Shown: in pieces, positions 8,166 to 16,434 of the stretch
Layout: the number at the start of each line of letters is the position of its first letter
Position numbering within the stretch: the stretch's first letter is position 1
From: Oceanispirochaeta sp.
GTDB lineage: Bacteria; Spirochaetota; Spirochaetia; DSM-2461
Direction: 5' to 3'
DNA: 64,000 nt
NCBI GenBank assembly: GCA_963666275.2
Contig: CAXXOA010000002.1
Coordinates: 1 to 64,000 of the forward strand
Notes under the pieces: generated by a model
Told to the model about the DNA's origin: nothing
The model's input: the letters and a program-made list of their open reading frames with translations, nothing else
Databases searched by the model: none
Program-made: the position numbers and the translations under genes

Positions 8166-9119
8166 ATGAACATACATAAAGACCATCAAACCCTGCTGGA
8201 CAGCTACCTGGAAGAGAAAAAAGCCCTGGGAGCTTCTTCCCAGGCCATCCGGAACGCCCACAGCCGGATACCCCACTTCCTGGCCTATCTGGAAGAAGAA
8301 GGACTGATAGCCGATCAGGCGGACATCCGGACGGCCAGGGGCTACATGGCCTACCTGACGGAACGGGGAACCGAAAACGGAGAGGACTACAGGGTCAACA
8401 CCCTGGCTTCCTACCGTCAGGCAGCCAGTTCTTTCAGCCGGTGGATGAGGGATTCGGGGAAACTGGTTTCCGATCCCTTTACCGCCGTTAAACCACCCCG
8501 TGGTGAAAGGATCATCCCCCGGGATTTGCCCACCGAAAAAGAGCTGGCCCGGCTTCTCTCCCAACTGGCTGACTTCAATGCTGTTAAAGGACTGAAGGCC
8601 CGGAAAAGGCGGTACCTGACCTATGTACTGGCCGAGCTCCTCTACGCTTCGGGCCTCCGGATCAGCGAGGCAGCAGACCTTCAGGAAGAGAACCTCAACC
8701 TGGAAAGGAAAGAGATTACAGTCATTTCCGGCAAGGGAGGATTCGACCGGAAAGTTTACCTGAACGACTACGCCGCCGGTGTGTTAAGACGGTTTCTAAC
8801 CATCCGGGATGAGATCCTGACCGGCAAGAGCAACAGGAACTGTCTTTTCGGCTCCTCTTCCGATGAACTGGGGAAAGCTTTCAACCGGGATCTGAAAGAG
8901 GCCTGCCGGGAGGTGGAGATTCCTTCTCTAACCGCCCACGGGCTGAGGCACTGTCTGGGCTATCATCTTTTGAAACAGGGCTGCCCCTTACGTCAGATCC
9001 AGCAGATCCTGGGACACCGGGCCATAGGGAACACCGAGATCTACACCAAGGTGGATGTGAAAGAGGTCAAGGAGCAGTTGGACCGCTGCCATCCCCGGCA
9101 GATGAGAGAGAAGAAGTGA
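8166..9119 (+). CDS. Tyrosine recombinase (XerC-like)
   Basis: YASGLRISE, GKGG, HGLRH, LGH, EIYT. Confidence 0.93.
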   Translation: MNIHKDHQTLLDSYLEEKKALGASSQAIRNAHSRIPHFLAYLEEEGLIADQADIRTARGYMAYLTERGTENGEDYRVNTLASYRQAASSFSRWMRDSGKLVSDPFTAVKPPRGERIIPRDLPTEKELARLLSQLADFNAVKGLKARKRRYLTYVLAELLYASGLRISEAADLQEENLNLERKEITVISGKGGFDRKVYLNDYAAGVLRRFLTIRDEILTGKSNRNCLFGSSSDELGKAFNRDLKEACREVEIPSLTAHGLRHCLGYHLLKQGCPLRQIQQILGHRAIGNTEIYTKVDVKEVKEQLDRCHPRQMREKK

Positions 9120-10135
9120 AAAGGCTCTCAAGGCAGAAAGTCCTTTCCCTTTTCGCCGGATACCTGAAGGCGCAAGGATTTAAAGAGGGAACAATCCGGA
9201 CAAGGAAGGCCCATCTTACCCCCTTCTTTACCTTTTTGGATGAAACTGCCGCAAAAGACATCCGGGATGTAAAGAGGAGTGATATTGTCTCCTTCCTTTC
9301 CTGGCTGCAGGAGCATCCCGGAGAGAGGGGAAGAGGCTACAAGGATAGTACCCGGATGAGTATTTTCACCTCGGTGAAGAAGTTCTACCTCTGTCTGTAT
9401 GAGAACAACCTGGTTCTGTCCTCTCCGGCGGAGACAGTCCGGTTCGGGAAACGGCAGGAGCGGCTCAAGGAGATCTTGAGCGAGGAAGAGACTTGCCAGT
9501 TTCTGGATTCCATCGATATTCACCAGCCCCTGGGACTCCGGGACAGAGCCCTTTTCGAGCTGATCTACTCTTCCGGCCTCCGGTCCTCCGAAGCGGCCCG
9601 TCTGGATGTAAAAGACTACGATCCGGACAGCCGGTTATTGTGGATCCACCAGAGCAAGTTCTCCAAGGACCGGCGGGTGCCCGTTACCAAGGCGGCCGCC
9701 TGGTTTCTGGACAAGTATCTGGAAGGCGTGAAGGCATCCCACCGGCCTCTTATCCTTTCCGGAGGCTACCGGTTTACTCACGGAGGGATCAACAAACGGT
9801 TCAAACTGCTATTGGAGCGTGCCGGTCTCTATCGAGAGGGCTTAAGCCCTCATTCCCTACGGCATGGCTGCGCTTCCCAGCTGTTGGCCCACGGAGCGGA
9901 GATCCGGTATGTTCAGGAGCTTTTGGGGCATGAATCGGTGGAAACCACGGTTGTGTACTCCCGACAGAGCGAAGAGAATATCAAGGCTTCCTACCGGCAG
10001 TTCCATCCCAGGGAGAATTTCCATTTCGCCGAAGTAACAGATTCTTACCTTGATTCACTGGAAAACCTGGTTCGGGACAGCTTGAGGCAGAGAGAGAAGA
10101 ATAGAAAAGCGCTTGCCCGTAAGATAGGTAAATGA
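9116..10135 (+). CDS. Tyrosine recombinase (XerD-like)
   Basis: YSSGLRSSE, HSLRH, LGH, VVYS; GTGA overlap with the upstream recombinase. Confidence 0.93.
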   Translation: MKRLSRQKVLSLFAGYLKAQGFKEGTIRTRKAHLTPFFTFLDETAAKDIRDVKRSDIVSFLSWLQEHPGERGRGYKDSTRMSIFTSVKKFYLCLYENNLVLSSPAETVRFGKRQERLKEILSEEETCQFLDSIDIHQPLGLRDRALFELIYSSGLRSSEAARLDVKDYDPDSRLLWIHQSKFSKDRRVPVTKAAAWFLDKYLEGVKASHRPLILSGGYRFTHGGINKRFKLLLERAGLYREGLSPHSLRHGCASQLLAHGAEIRYVQELLGHESVETTVVYSRQSEENIKASYRQFHPRENFHFAEVTDSYLDSLENLVRDSLRQREKNRKALARKIGK

Positions 10136-10769
10136 TAGTTTATTAACAGATTATGGTTGCTACCCGGGGAATTCCAGTTTCAATGCCTCCTTGCAGATCT
10201 CCTTTTTACAACGATTTAGGGGAAGAGGGTGATTATTACTTTAATGCCAGGTGGTATGATGCTTCTACCGGTAGATTCATCTCAGAAGACCCCGCCCGGG
10301 ACGGGCAAAATTGGTATGTTTACGTTTCAAACAATCCGCTAAAATACATTGACCCAACCGGTATGATGAGTGATTCAGCCGCTTTTGCAGCAGCACAAAC
10401 AAGACTGGATATTGAAAACTCTGATAGTCAATATGGTCATACTTATATTCGTGATGAATATGATTACAAAGATTTCTCTAAAATGCTTGAACATATAGAA
10501 AAGAGCAGTGAATTAAAAATCGAGAACAATGAAAAAAGAATAGATGAATTAAAAGGTCAAATACAATCAACTGAAATAGAAAAAAGATCTAAAGCTGCTG
10601 AGAATTTTGGAGATATTGCTAAGCTGGGAATTACATTTGATAATGGATCTTTTCAAGATATTGCTGAATTCGTTGCTGATTCTCAGTTGGAACCTCTAGA
10701 TTATAATTTAGATTTGTCAGAGGAGAATAAAAAGATTTTTGGAAGAATTAAAGAAATTTTCAATTTGAA
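9164..10769 (+). repeat. Direct repeat copy 2 of 1-1606
   Basis: Identical ORF translations at offset 9163. Confidence 0.95.
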
Positions 10770-10782
10770 TGAAAGTCAATAA
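10153..10782 (+). pseudogene. Rhs core/tip copy 2, truncated
   Basis: Identical to 990-1763 up to IKEIFNL, then the frame is lost. Confidence 0.75.
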
Positions 10783-11594
10783 TCCAGATCATGTCATGAA
10801 TGATGCTTTTGAGCAGATTAGGCGCTCGTGATACTACTGCGACTGCTAGATGGGGAGGTATCCATGGTAGAAATCCAAAATACCAAAACCAACTTGGAAC
10901 GACATTCTAATAACAGATGATCATCATAGATTACTTGAATCGGGTGGTAATCTATTGAATGATCCATGATTCTCCAGATTTACCTTTAACGAATACGTCT
11001 ACAGTAAAATTCGCAGATTAATAAAAATGAACTTTGGGAATAAATTTAAATTTGTATTAATTACATATTTTATTATTCATATTTACGCTGCTTATCTTCG
11101 AAGTAATGGTATTTATCAGATTAATGAAGCTATTCTTTCTATTACTGTTCTTTTCCTGATAGGAAAACTACATTAGTCATTGATGAAGGTGAGTAGATAG
11201 TGCAATTCTTTATATTGGCGGTTTTGGATCATTCCCTATAAAAGAAGTAAAAGAGATAGATGGAAGCCTTTGAAATTTGTGTGTAGCGTAATTACTAGAG
11301 GTTGTTTAGATATTATATATGAAGTAATTGCATTTCTGATCAAGTAACACTTTTATGTGGGTTCAGGAAGATCTTGAAGGTTTACTCATTGTTTCCAACA
11401 TTTGACCATTGGATTTATAACATTAGCTAGTATTAAGGAATCAGTATTCATTTGATAAGTAATAATTACAGTACCATATTATTAAATGTCTATTTAAATT
11501 TGTTCTGGAGAAAGAATTGTTCTTTCAATGTCTAGGTTTGGAAATCTATGTGAATAAGAAGTATTCTACAATTTGTTCAAAATAATTTTCATAA
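10770..11594 (+). pseudogene. Indel-riddled copy of the Rhs-tip 3' end and immunity gene
   Basis: Colinear fragments of 1607-2280 interleaved with many short insertions; no ORF. Confidence 0.75.
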
Positions 11595-11647
11595 CACCAT
11601 TGTTCTGCTGTGACCGAAGGGAAACTGCAGCAACATGCTTGTTATGA
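11589..11647. repeat. 59-bp attC-like palindrome, copy 2
   Basis: Two substitutions relative to 2275-2333. Confidence 0.65.
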
Positions 11648-11692
11648 CAGAATTTTATTCTTTCGCCGGAGAAGTTTTTCCGGCTGAGAACC

Positions 11693-11782
11693 CGCAAGCC
11701 CGCTCCGGGAGTCGCTAAACAGAATACATCTTATAGTAAGCTCATACTTCGCTTCCGATAAGAAAGCATTCTGTTCACTTGC
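11693..11782 (+). repeat. Long hairpin repeat, copy B
   Basis: GCAAGCCCGCTCC...TAAACAGAATACATCTTAT...CTTCCGATAAGA...TTCTGTTCACTTGC. Confidence 0.8.
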
Positions 11783-11805
11783 TGATGCTGGTTCGGTTGG
11801 TAGTT

Positions 11806-11842
11806 AAAAAGCACGCAGAGCAGTAACTTTGCGTGCTTTTTT
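11806..11842. terminator. Bidirectional intrinsic terminator
   Basis: AAAAAGCACGCAGAG...CTTTGCGTGCTTTTTT. Confidence 0.7.
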
Positions 11843-12235
11843 CAGAGCTTGATTGCCTAACATATTAATAGTATTATTATAATTGTTAGGCAATTCCTAC
11901 ATGCCCGGCAACACGAGGAACATTATGAGCGTGATTAAAGACGTGATCAAAGAAGAATACAACCGCCTCAACTCTCTGGTGGAGCTTTATGACCAGAAGA
12001 TTTCTGCTTTCCCGAAAGGCTCCCTGTCCATCAAAAAGCGGAACGGACACCCTTACTGTTACCGTGCCTACCGTGACCAGGGAAAGGTGAGATTCATCTA
12101 TCTCGGCAAGCCCGACTCTCCGGAGGCCAAGGATTTTATCCGGAAAGTGGATAAATGTGAGCACCAGTGCTAAATTGCAGAAAACCACCGGAGTGAAGTT
12201 GCAGGTTCCGGCTTGAAAAAAAGGGCAGTACTCCC

Positions 12236-13534
12236 TTGAATGGTAGTTACCACAAAAACCAGATAACAAAAGGAGTACGCCCAAAAATGCTGGAGTTACT
12301 GATGCATGAAGCTCAGATGTTAAAACAACAGGGTAAGAAGATCTTTGAAATTGCCCAAGCTATTGGAAAGAGCGAAAGAATGGTTCATTACTATCTTTCA
12401 GAACCATCCCGACCAAGAAAAAAGAGAGTCTACGAAAGTAAATTAGACCCTTTCAAACCCTACATCGATACTATACTGGAGGACGATCCTTCCATCAATC
12501 GGATGGTGTTGCTCAGGAACCTGAAAAAACAGAATTACACAGGTGGAATCACTATTCTCAGAGACTATGCTGCTGTTAAATCGGCAGAAATATGTAAAAA
12601 GGCCGTTATTCGATTTGAAACAGAACCAGGTTACCAGGCCCAGGTGGATTGGAAAGAACTGGGGATGCAAATGGTAGATGGGCAGTACAGGAAACTTTAC
12701 GCCTTCACAATGGTATTCGGCTACAGCCGAGCACCCTTTGTGATTCACACCACCAGCATGGATCAAGCGACCGTTCTGATGTGTCATGTCTTAGCATTCA
12801 AATACTTTGGCGGAGTGCCAAAAGAGATCCTTTACGACAATATGAAAACGGCCTTCATCTACTCTTCTGCTGAAGAAAAATGGAAACCGAATAAACATCT
12901 GCTGTCCCTTGCCATACACTACGGATTTACTCCCCGTAGATGTCAGGTTCGCCGACCTCAGACGAAGGGGAAAGTAGAGCGGTTTATACATTTTTATGCT
13001 CATTACTTCTGGGTTGAATACAAAGGCCAAACTTTGTTCATGGATGCGTTGAATGAAACTGTTCTCAATTGGATTTCAGAGATCAGTAAAGCTGTTATCA
13101 GAGAGCTGGGAGAATCCAGGGCTGACAGGTTCCAACATGAAAAGCAATATTTAACACCGCTTCCTGCAGGGGATTTCGATTGCCGGAGGGTTCAGTCAGT
13201 CCAAGTTTCCTGCGAATCCTTGGTCCAGGTAAAATCCAATTGGTACAGCGTCCCTCCTGTTTTCATAGGAAAGACATTAACTCTGAGAATCGACCCTCTT
13301 TCCAATATGGCCGAAATAACCAATGGACAAGAAGCCGTTAGGACGTTCCTTCTTCATACGGAGGAAAGGAATCAGAGAGATTATCTGCAAGAGCACAGAG
13401 ACGCTCTGATAGAGCTCTGGTTAAAACAAAGACAGCCACGTAAAGTTCATCGCATTAGTCGGGAACCGAATGTAACAGTACGCCATCCTGGGCAGTACGA
13501 TAAACTCTTTGGCATCCAAGGAGCTGCATCATGA
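12236..13534 (+). CDS. istA: IS21 transposase
   Basis: RFETEPGYQAQVDW, LYDNMK, PQTKGKVER DDE motifs; start may be 12287. Confidence 0.95.
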   Translation: MNGSYHKNQITKGVRPKMLELLMHEAQMLKQQGKKIFEIAQAIGKSERMVHYYLSEPSRPRKKRVYESKLDPFKPYIDTILEDDPSINRMVLLRNLKKQNYTGGITILRDYAAVKSAEICKKAVIRFETEPGYQAQVDWKELGMQMVDGQYRKLYAFTMVFGYSRAPFVIHTTSMDQATVLMCHVLAFKYFGGVPKEILYDNMKTAFIYSSAEEKWKPNKHLLSLAIHYGFTPRRCQVRRPQTKGKVERFIHFYAHYFWVEYKGQTLFMDALNETVLNWISEISKAVIRELGESRADRFQHEKQYLTPLPAGDFDCRRVQSVQVSCESLVQVKSNWYSVPPVFIGKTLTLRIDPLSNMAEITNGQEAVRTFLLHTEERNQRDYLQEHRDALIELWLKQRQPRKVHRISREPNVTVRHPGQYDKLFGIQGAAS

Positions 13535-14292
13535 ATGAGCGGTGTCAAATGATTACCTCAAGGATGGAGGAACTGGGCCTTTCATTTATGTCTGCCGGTT
13601 TTGAGAGTTTTTTAGCCAGCCAGGTAAATCAGGAAGCTCCATTAATGGAGGCAATCGGTGAGTTGATTGATCTTGAGCTGATACCCCGGAAAGAACGTAT
13701 GGCGAAAACCAGACTGAAAGTTTCTGGTATTCCACACAGCAAGACACTTGAAAATTTTGATTTGAGTTGGCCGAAAGGCGGTCTGACTCAGAAGCAGTTT
13801 AATGAAATTGCTACCCTGACATTTATAGAACGTAGAGAAAATATCATTCTTCTTGGGCCAAGTGGTCTTGGAAAGACCCATCTGATGACAGCTCTTGGTC
13901 AAAAAGCCTGTTTGAATGGATACACTGCTTACTATATCAGTTGTCTGGATCTCTTGGAGCGATTACAGCGATCTCGAGATCAGGGAAAGTTAAAACAAAA
14001 GCTGACGTGGTTTGGGAAACCCCATGTATTGCTTATTGATGAAGTTGGCTATGAGAATCTCAATTCTGAGCAGGCGGCCCTGTTTTTCCAGCTTATTAAT
14101 ACCAGATATGAGCATGGATCTATTATCCTTACTTCAAACAAGCCTTTTGGGAAATGGGGAGAAATTATGGCAGATGACGCGGTAGCCACTGCTACACTGG
14201 ATAGGCTATTACATCACTCTCATGTGATTAGTCTAAATGGGGATTCCTACCGCATGAAAGATCGTATGAAAATAGGAGTCGTTGACTTCTAA
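13531..14292 (+). CDS. istB: IS21 helper ATPase
   Basis: GPSGLGKT, LLIDEVGY, LDRLLHH, GDSYR. Confidence 0.95.
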   Translation: MNERCQMITSRMEELGLSFMSAGFESFLASQVNQEAPLMEAIGELIDLELIPRKERMAKTRLKVSGIPHSKTLENFDLSWPKGGLTQKQFNEIATLTFIERRENIILLGPSGLGKTHLMTALGQKACLNGYTAYYISCLDLLERLQRSRDQGKLKQKLTWFGKPHVLLIDEVGYENLNSEQAALFFQLINTRYEHGSIILTSNKPFGKWGEIMADDAVATATLDRLLHHSHVISLNGDSYRMKDRMKIGVVDF

Positions 14293-14500
14293 AAAATTTG
14301 ACGGAACTCTGCAATTTGATTTCGGGGATATACTGCAACTTGAGTCCGGTGTTGACAGATAAACGGCATAAGTACGAAGAGAAGAGGAAAAAGTCTCTGG
14401 AAAATCTGAAAGAAGTGAAGGTATTGCTCCGTGTTATCAAGAAAACATCCTTCTAAGAAATAGAATCCTTATCAATTTGATAATTATTATCGCTTGGCTA

Positions 14501-14529
14501 TTGCGATTTAACCCTAATGGGAGTATATT
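14501..14529 (+). promoter_or_regulatory. Sigma70 promoter facing the 3' end of the DUF3800 gene
   Basis: TTGCGA-N17-TATATT with no plus-strand ORF downstream. Confidence 0.55.
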
Positions 14530-14534
14530 TTAGT

Positions 14535-14607
14535 TAGACCCTGTTTTGCCGAAGTCCAACGCTGCGCGTCGGATCCGTAGTAGGCCAAGACGGGGTTAAT
14601 TTTTTTT
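14535..14607 (+). ncRNA. Candidate DUF3800-associated structured RNA
   Basis: ACCCTGTTTTG/CAAGACGGGGT stem with G-U pairs that work only on the + strand, inner TCC/GGA and ACGC/GCGT helices, T-run after the stem, promoter before it. Confidence 0.55.
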
Positions 14608-15462
14608 CTTATGGTTTTTTGTGAAAGACGGTTCAAATCTTGATTGTCTTGGAATAAACATCCAATGGGCATAGGGTAGATCAGCCCTGTCCGGATATTG
14701 GCTTGTTCCGGCTGTACTTGTTCCTATATTGAAATTAGGCTTTATTTTACAAATATGATTACGGATATGTTTGTATAGTTCTTCTTTCGCTATTGTTCTC
14801 TTCCCTCGTACCCGCTTCCCTTCAGGTTTTATTTTGTGTCTGTCATTCAACCTGAATGCCATAGATCCCAATACGACATCCAGGCACTGAAGTATAATAT
14901 GTTCATGTGAACGTGCTTCGTTTATATTTTCCCTTTTAATCTGTAATCCTGAACCTTTGAATTTAAAATCCTGCAAATTCATAATGTGATCTTTGAATAA
15001 TTCAGATTTCTCTTTCTTATCCGGAAACTGGTCGAAGAAAAACCGGAGATTCATAGAACTGTGGACAGGTTTTAGTTTGTCCAGTCCAAAGGCATTTTTA
15101 ATGAATTGATAATACAGAAGAAAGTACTGGTGTTCTTTTTGCTCGCTAGTCAAATGAATTGGAGTATGAGCATTCTGTCTGAACATGATCCTGACTTTTA
15201 GTTTCTCAGCAAATATTTCTTCAAAGAAGGCATCAATGATTTTCTTATATCCATCTAACCAATCTGGCGTAACCTTAGACCATTTTATTTCACTTCTAAT
15301 TCCCGCTTGCCCCCTGGTATTCTCCAATTTTTTTTGTATCCTCAGGTATTGAGAGGCACCGACAAGAACTCCACCATAGAAATTGGAGTAAAATTCACCT
15401 TTTGTGATTGATTCGTCACTGAATAAAATAAGTTCTTTCTCAGAGGAATAACTGTACGCCAC
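14596..15462 (-). CDS. DUF3800 domain protein
   Basis: N-terminal FSDES (DE motif) and C-terminal QCLD (QxxD). Confidence 0.8.
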   Translation of the reverse strand: MAYSYSSEKELILFSDESITKGEFYSNFYGGVLVGASQYLRIQKKLENTRGQAGIRSEIKWSKVTPDWLDGYKKIIDAFFEEIFAEKLKVRIMFRQNAHTPIHLTSEQKEHQYFLLYYQFIKNAFGLDKLKPVHSSMNLRFFFDQFPDKKEKSELFKDHIMNLQDFKFKGSGLQIKRENINEARSHEHIILQCLDVVLGSMAFRLNDRHKIKPEGKRVRGKRTIAKEELYKHIRNHICKIKPNFNIGTSTAGTSQYPDRADLPYAHWMFIPRQSRFEPSFTKNHKKKN

Positions 15463-15528
15463 AATAAAACAATATTACAGCAATATGACAATAATTACTA
15501 TAAAGATCTTAACCCCAGCTATTTAAAC

Positions 15529-15587
15529 TCACAAAATCCTTATTCTGCTTTGACCGTAGGGAATCAATAGCAAATTTCTTGTTTTGG
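15529..15587. repeat. 59-bp attC-like palindrome, degenerate copy 3
   Basis: Ungapped alignment to copy 1 (TTCTGCT.TGACCG.AGGGAA...AGCAA....CTTGTT). Confidence 0.55.
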
Positions 15588-15644
15588 CAGATTATTATTT
15601 TCCGCCAGAATGCCATTTTACGTTGAAAAGTTTTTTCAGCTTCC

Positions 15645-15673
15645 TTGATCGCTATACGTCATTGGCGTATACT
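15645..15673 (+). promoter_or_regulatory. Sigma70 promoter with palindromic operator
   Basis: TTGATC-N17-TATACT; TATACG-N7-CGTATA; GTG lies 6 nt after the -10 box. Confidence 0.65.
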
Positions 15674-15679
15674 TTATCT

Positions 15680-15981
15680 GTGAAGTTTGAATGGGATTCG
15701 GTAAAGAACGAATTAAACAAACAAAAACATGGAATATCATTCGACGAGGCTTTGAGCTGTTTAATGTGCCATCTCATTTGATTCTTGTACAATACGATTT
15801 TAAACACAGCCTTACAGAAGACCGGATAATCTCGATCGGCCCAATCAACAGAGGTATAGTGATTGTTATTTCCACTGAAAGGGATTAAGGGGATGTGATT
15901 CGGCTGAGAAGTGCGAGATTCGCAACTACTTCCGAAAAGGGATTGTATGAAAAGACAATCAAAGGTGAAGCATATGAATGA
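15680..15981 (+). pseudogene. BrnT-like toxin with a frameshift and an in-frame stop
   Basis: KFEWDSVKNELNKQKHGISFDEA, frameshift near 15750, TAA at 15886, then VIRLRSARFAT. Confidence 0.8.
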
Positions 15982-16267
15982 TTCGAATATACCAGAACTA
16001 GACTCAAAAGACTTTTCCAGAATGATTCCCCGGGATCAGAGGAAGCGTTTGATTGAAGGAAACTGGGAAGCAGGAGATATAGCGGCACTTCGCAAGTACC
16101 TGGGACTGACTCAAAGCCAATTTTCCAAAACGATTGGAATCAGTTTAAGGACTCTTCAGAATTGGGAGCAAGACCGTCGGCATCCAGATGGTCCGGCAAA
16201 AGCCCTTTTGACAATTCTTGCAAAACATCCCCGCCTGATTTTACAGGATCTCAAGCATGTTTCATAA
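15974..16267 (+). CDS. HTH (XRE/HigA-like) antitoxin
   Basis: LGLTQSQFS..IGISLRTLQNWEQDRRHPDGPAKALL. Confidence 0.85.
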   Translation: MNDSNIPELDSKDFSRMIPRDQRKRLIEGNWEAGDIAALRKYLGLTQSQFSKTIGISLRTLQNWEQDRRHPDGPAKALLTILAKHPRLILQDLKHVS

Positions 16268-16338
16268 TCTCTTGCATTCAGAGAGATTTCAAGGAAAGTA
16301 ACTTTTTCTGTTGAAGCAGTTTTTCCTACTGAGAACCT

Positions 16339-16419
16339 GCAAGCTCGCTCCGCAGCTGCTAAACAGAATACATCTTATCGTAAGTGAACTTCCGATAAGA
16401 TGGCATTCTATTCACTTGC
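16339..16419 (+). repeat. Long hairpin repeat, copy C
   Basis: GCAAGCTCGCTCC...TAAACAGAATACATCTTATCG...CTTCCGATAAGATG...TTCACTTGC. Confidence 0.8.
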
Positions 16420-16434
16420 GGGGCTGGTTCACCG

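Larger units (their letters stand above)
3413..10135. mobile_element. Backbone of a tandem-recombinase/primase integrative element
   Basis: Repressor divergent from a translationally coupled orf-orf-parA-primase operon, followed by two recombinases; more GC-rich than the flanking cargo; part of the 9163-bp repeat unit. Confidence 0.8.
12156..14357 (+). mobile_element. IS21-family insertion sequence, 2202 bp
   Basis: TG...CA ends; IRL TGTGAGCACCAGTGCTAAATTGCAG versus IRR reverse complement TGTCAACACCGGACTCAAGTTGCAG; GATAAA duplicated at 12150-12155 and 14358-14363. Confidence 0.95.
11925..14456 (+). pseudogene. Small basic protein gene (107 aa when reconstructed) split by the IS21 element
   Basis: Removing the IS and one GATAAA restores the frame: ...FIRKVDK|RHKYEEKRKKSLENLKEVKVLLRVIKKTSF*. 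Confidence 0.8.

Noticed and set aside
8166..10135. Integron integrase or chromosomal xerC/xerD call
   Set aside because: No IntI-specific insertion is visible, and the genes are duplicated inside a mobile unit, so no housekeeping symbol was assigned.
3413..10135. Prophage
   Set aside because: No terminase, capsid, tail or lysis genes in the repeat unit.
11883..12173. Stand-alone 96-aa ORF
   Set aside because: Its last residues come from the IS end; it is the 5' half of an interrupted gene.
2275..16433. CRISPR array interpretation of the repeated palindromes
   Set aside because: Copies are kilobases apart and separated by genes, with no regular spacers and no cas genes.
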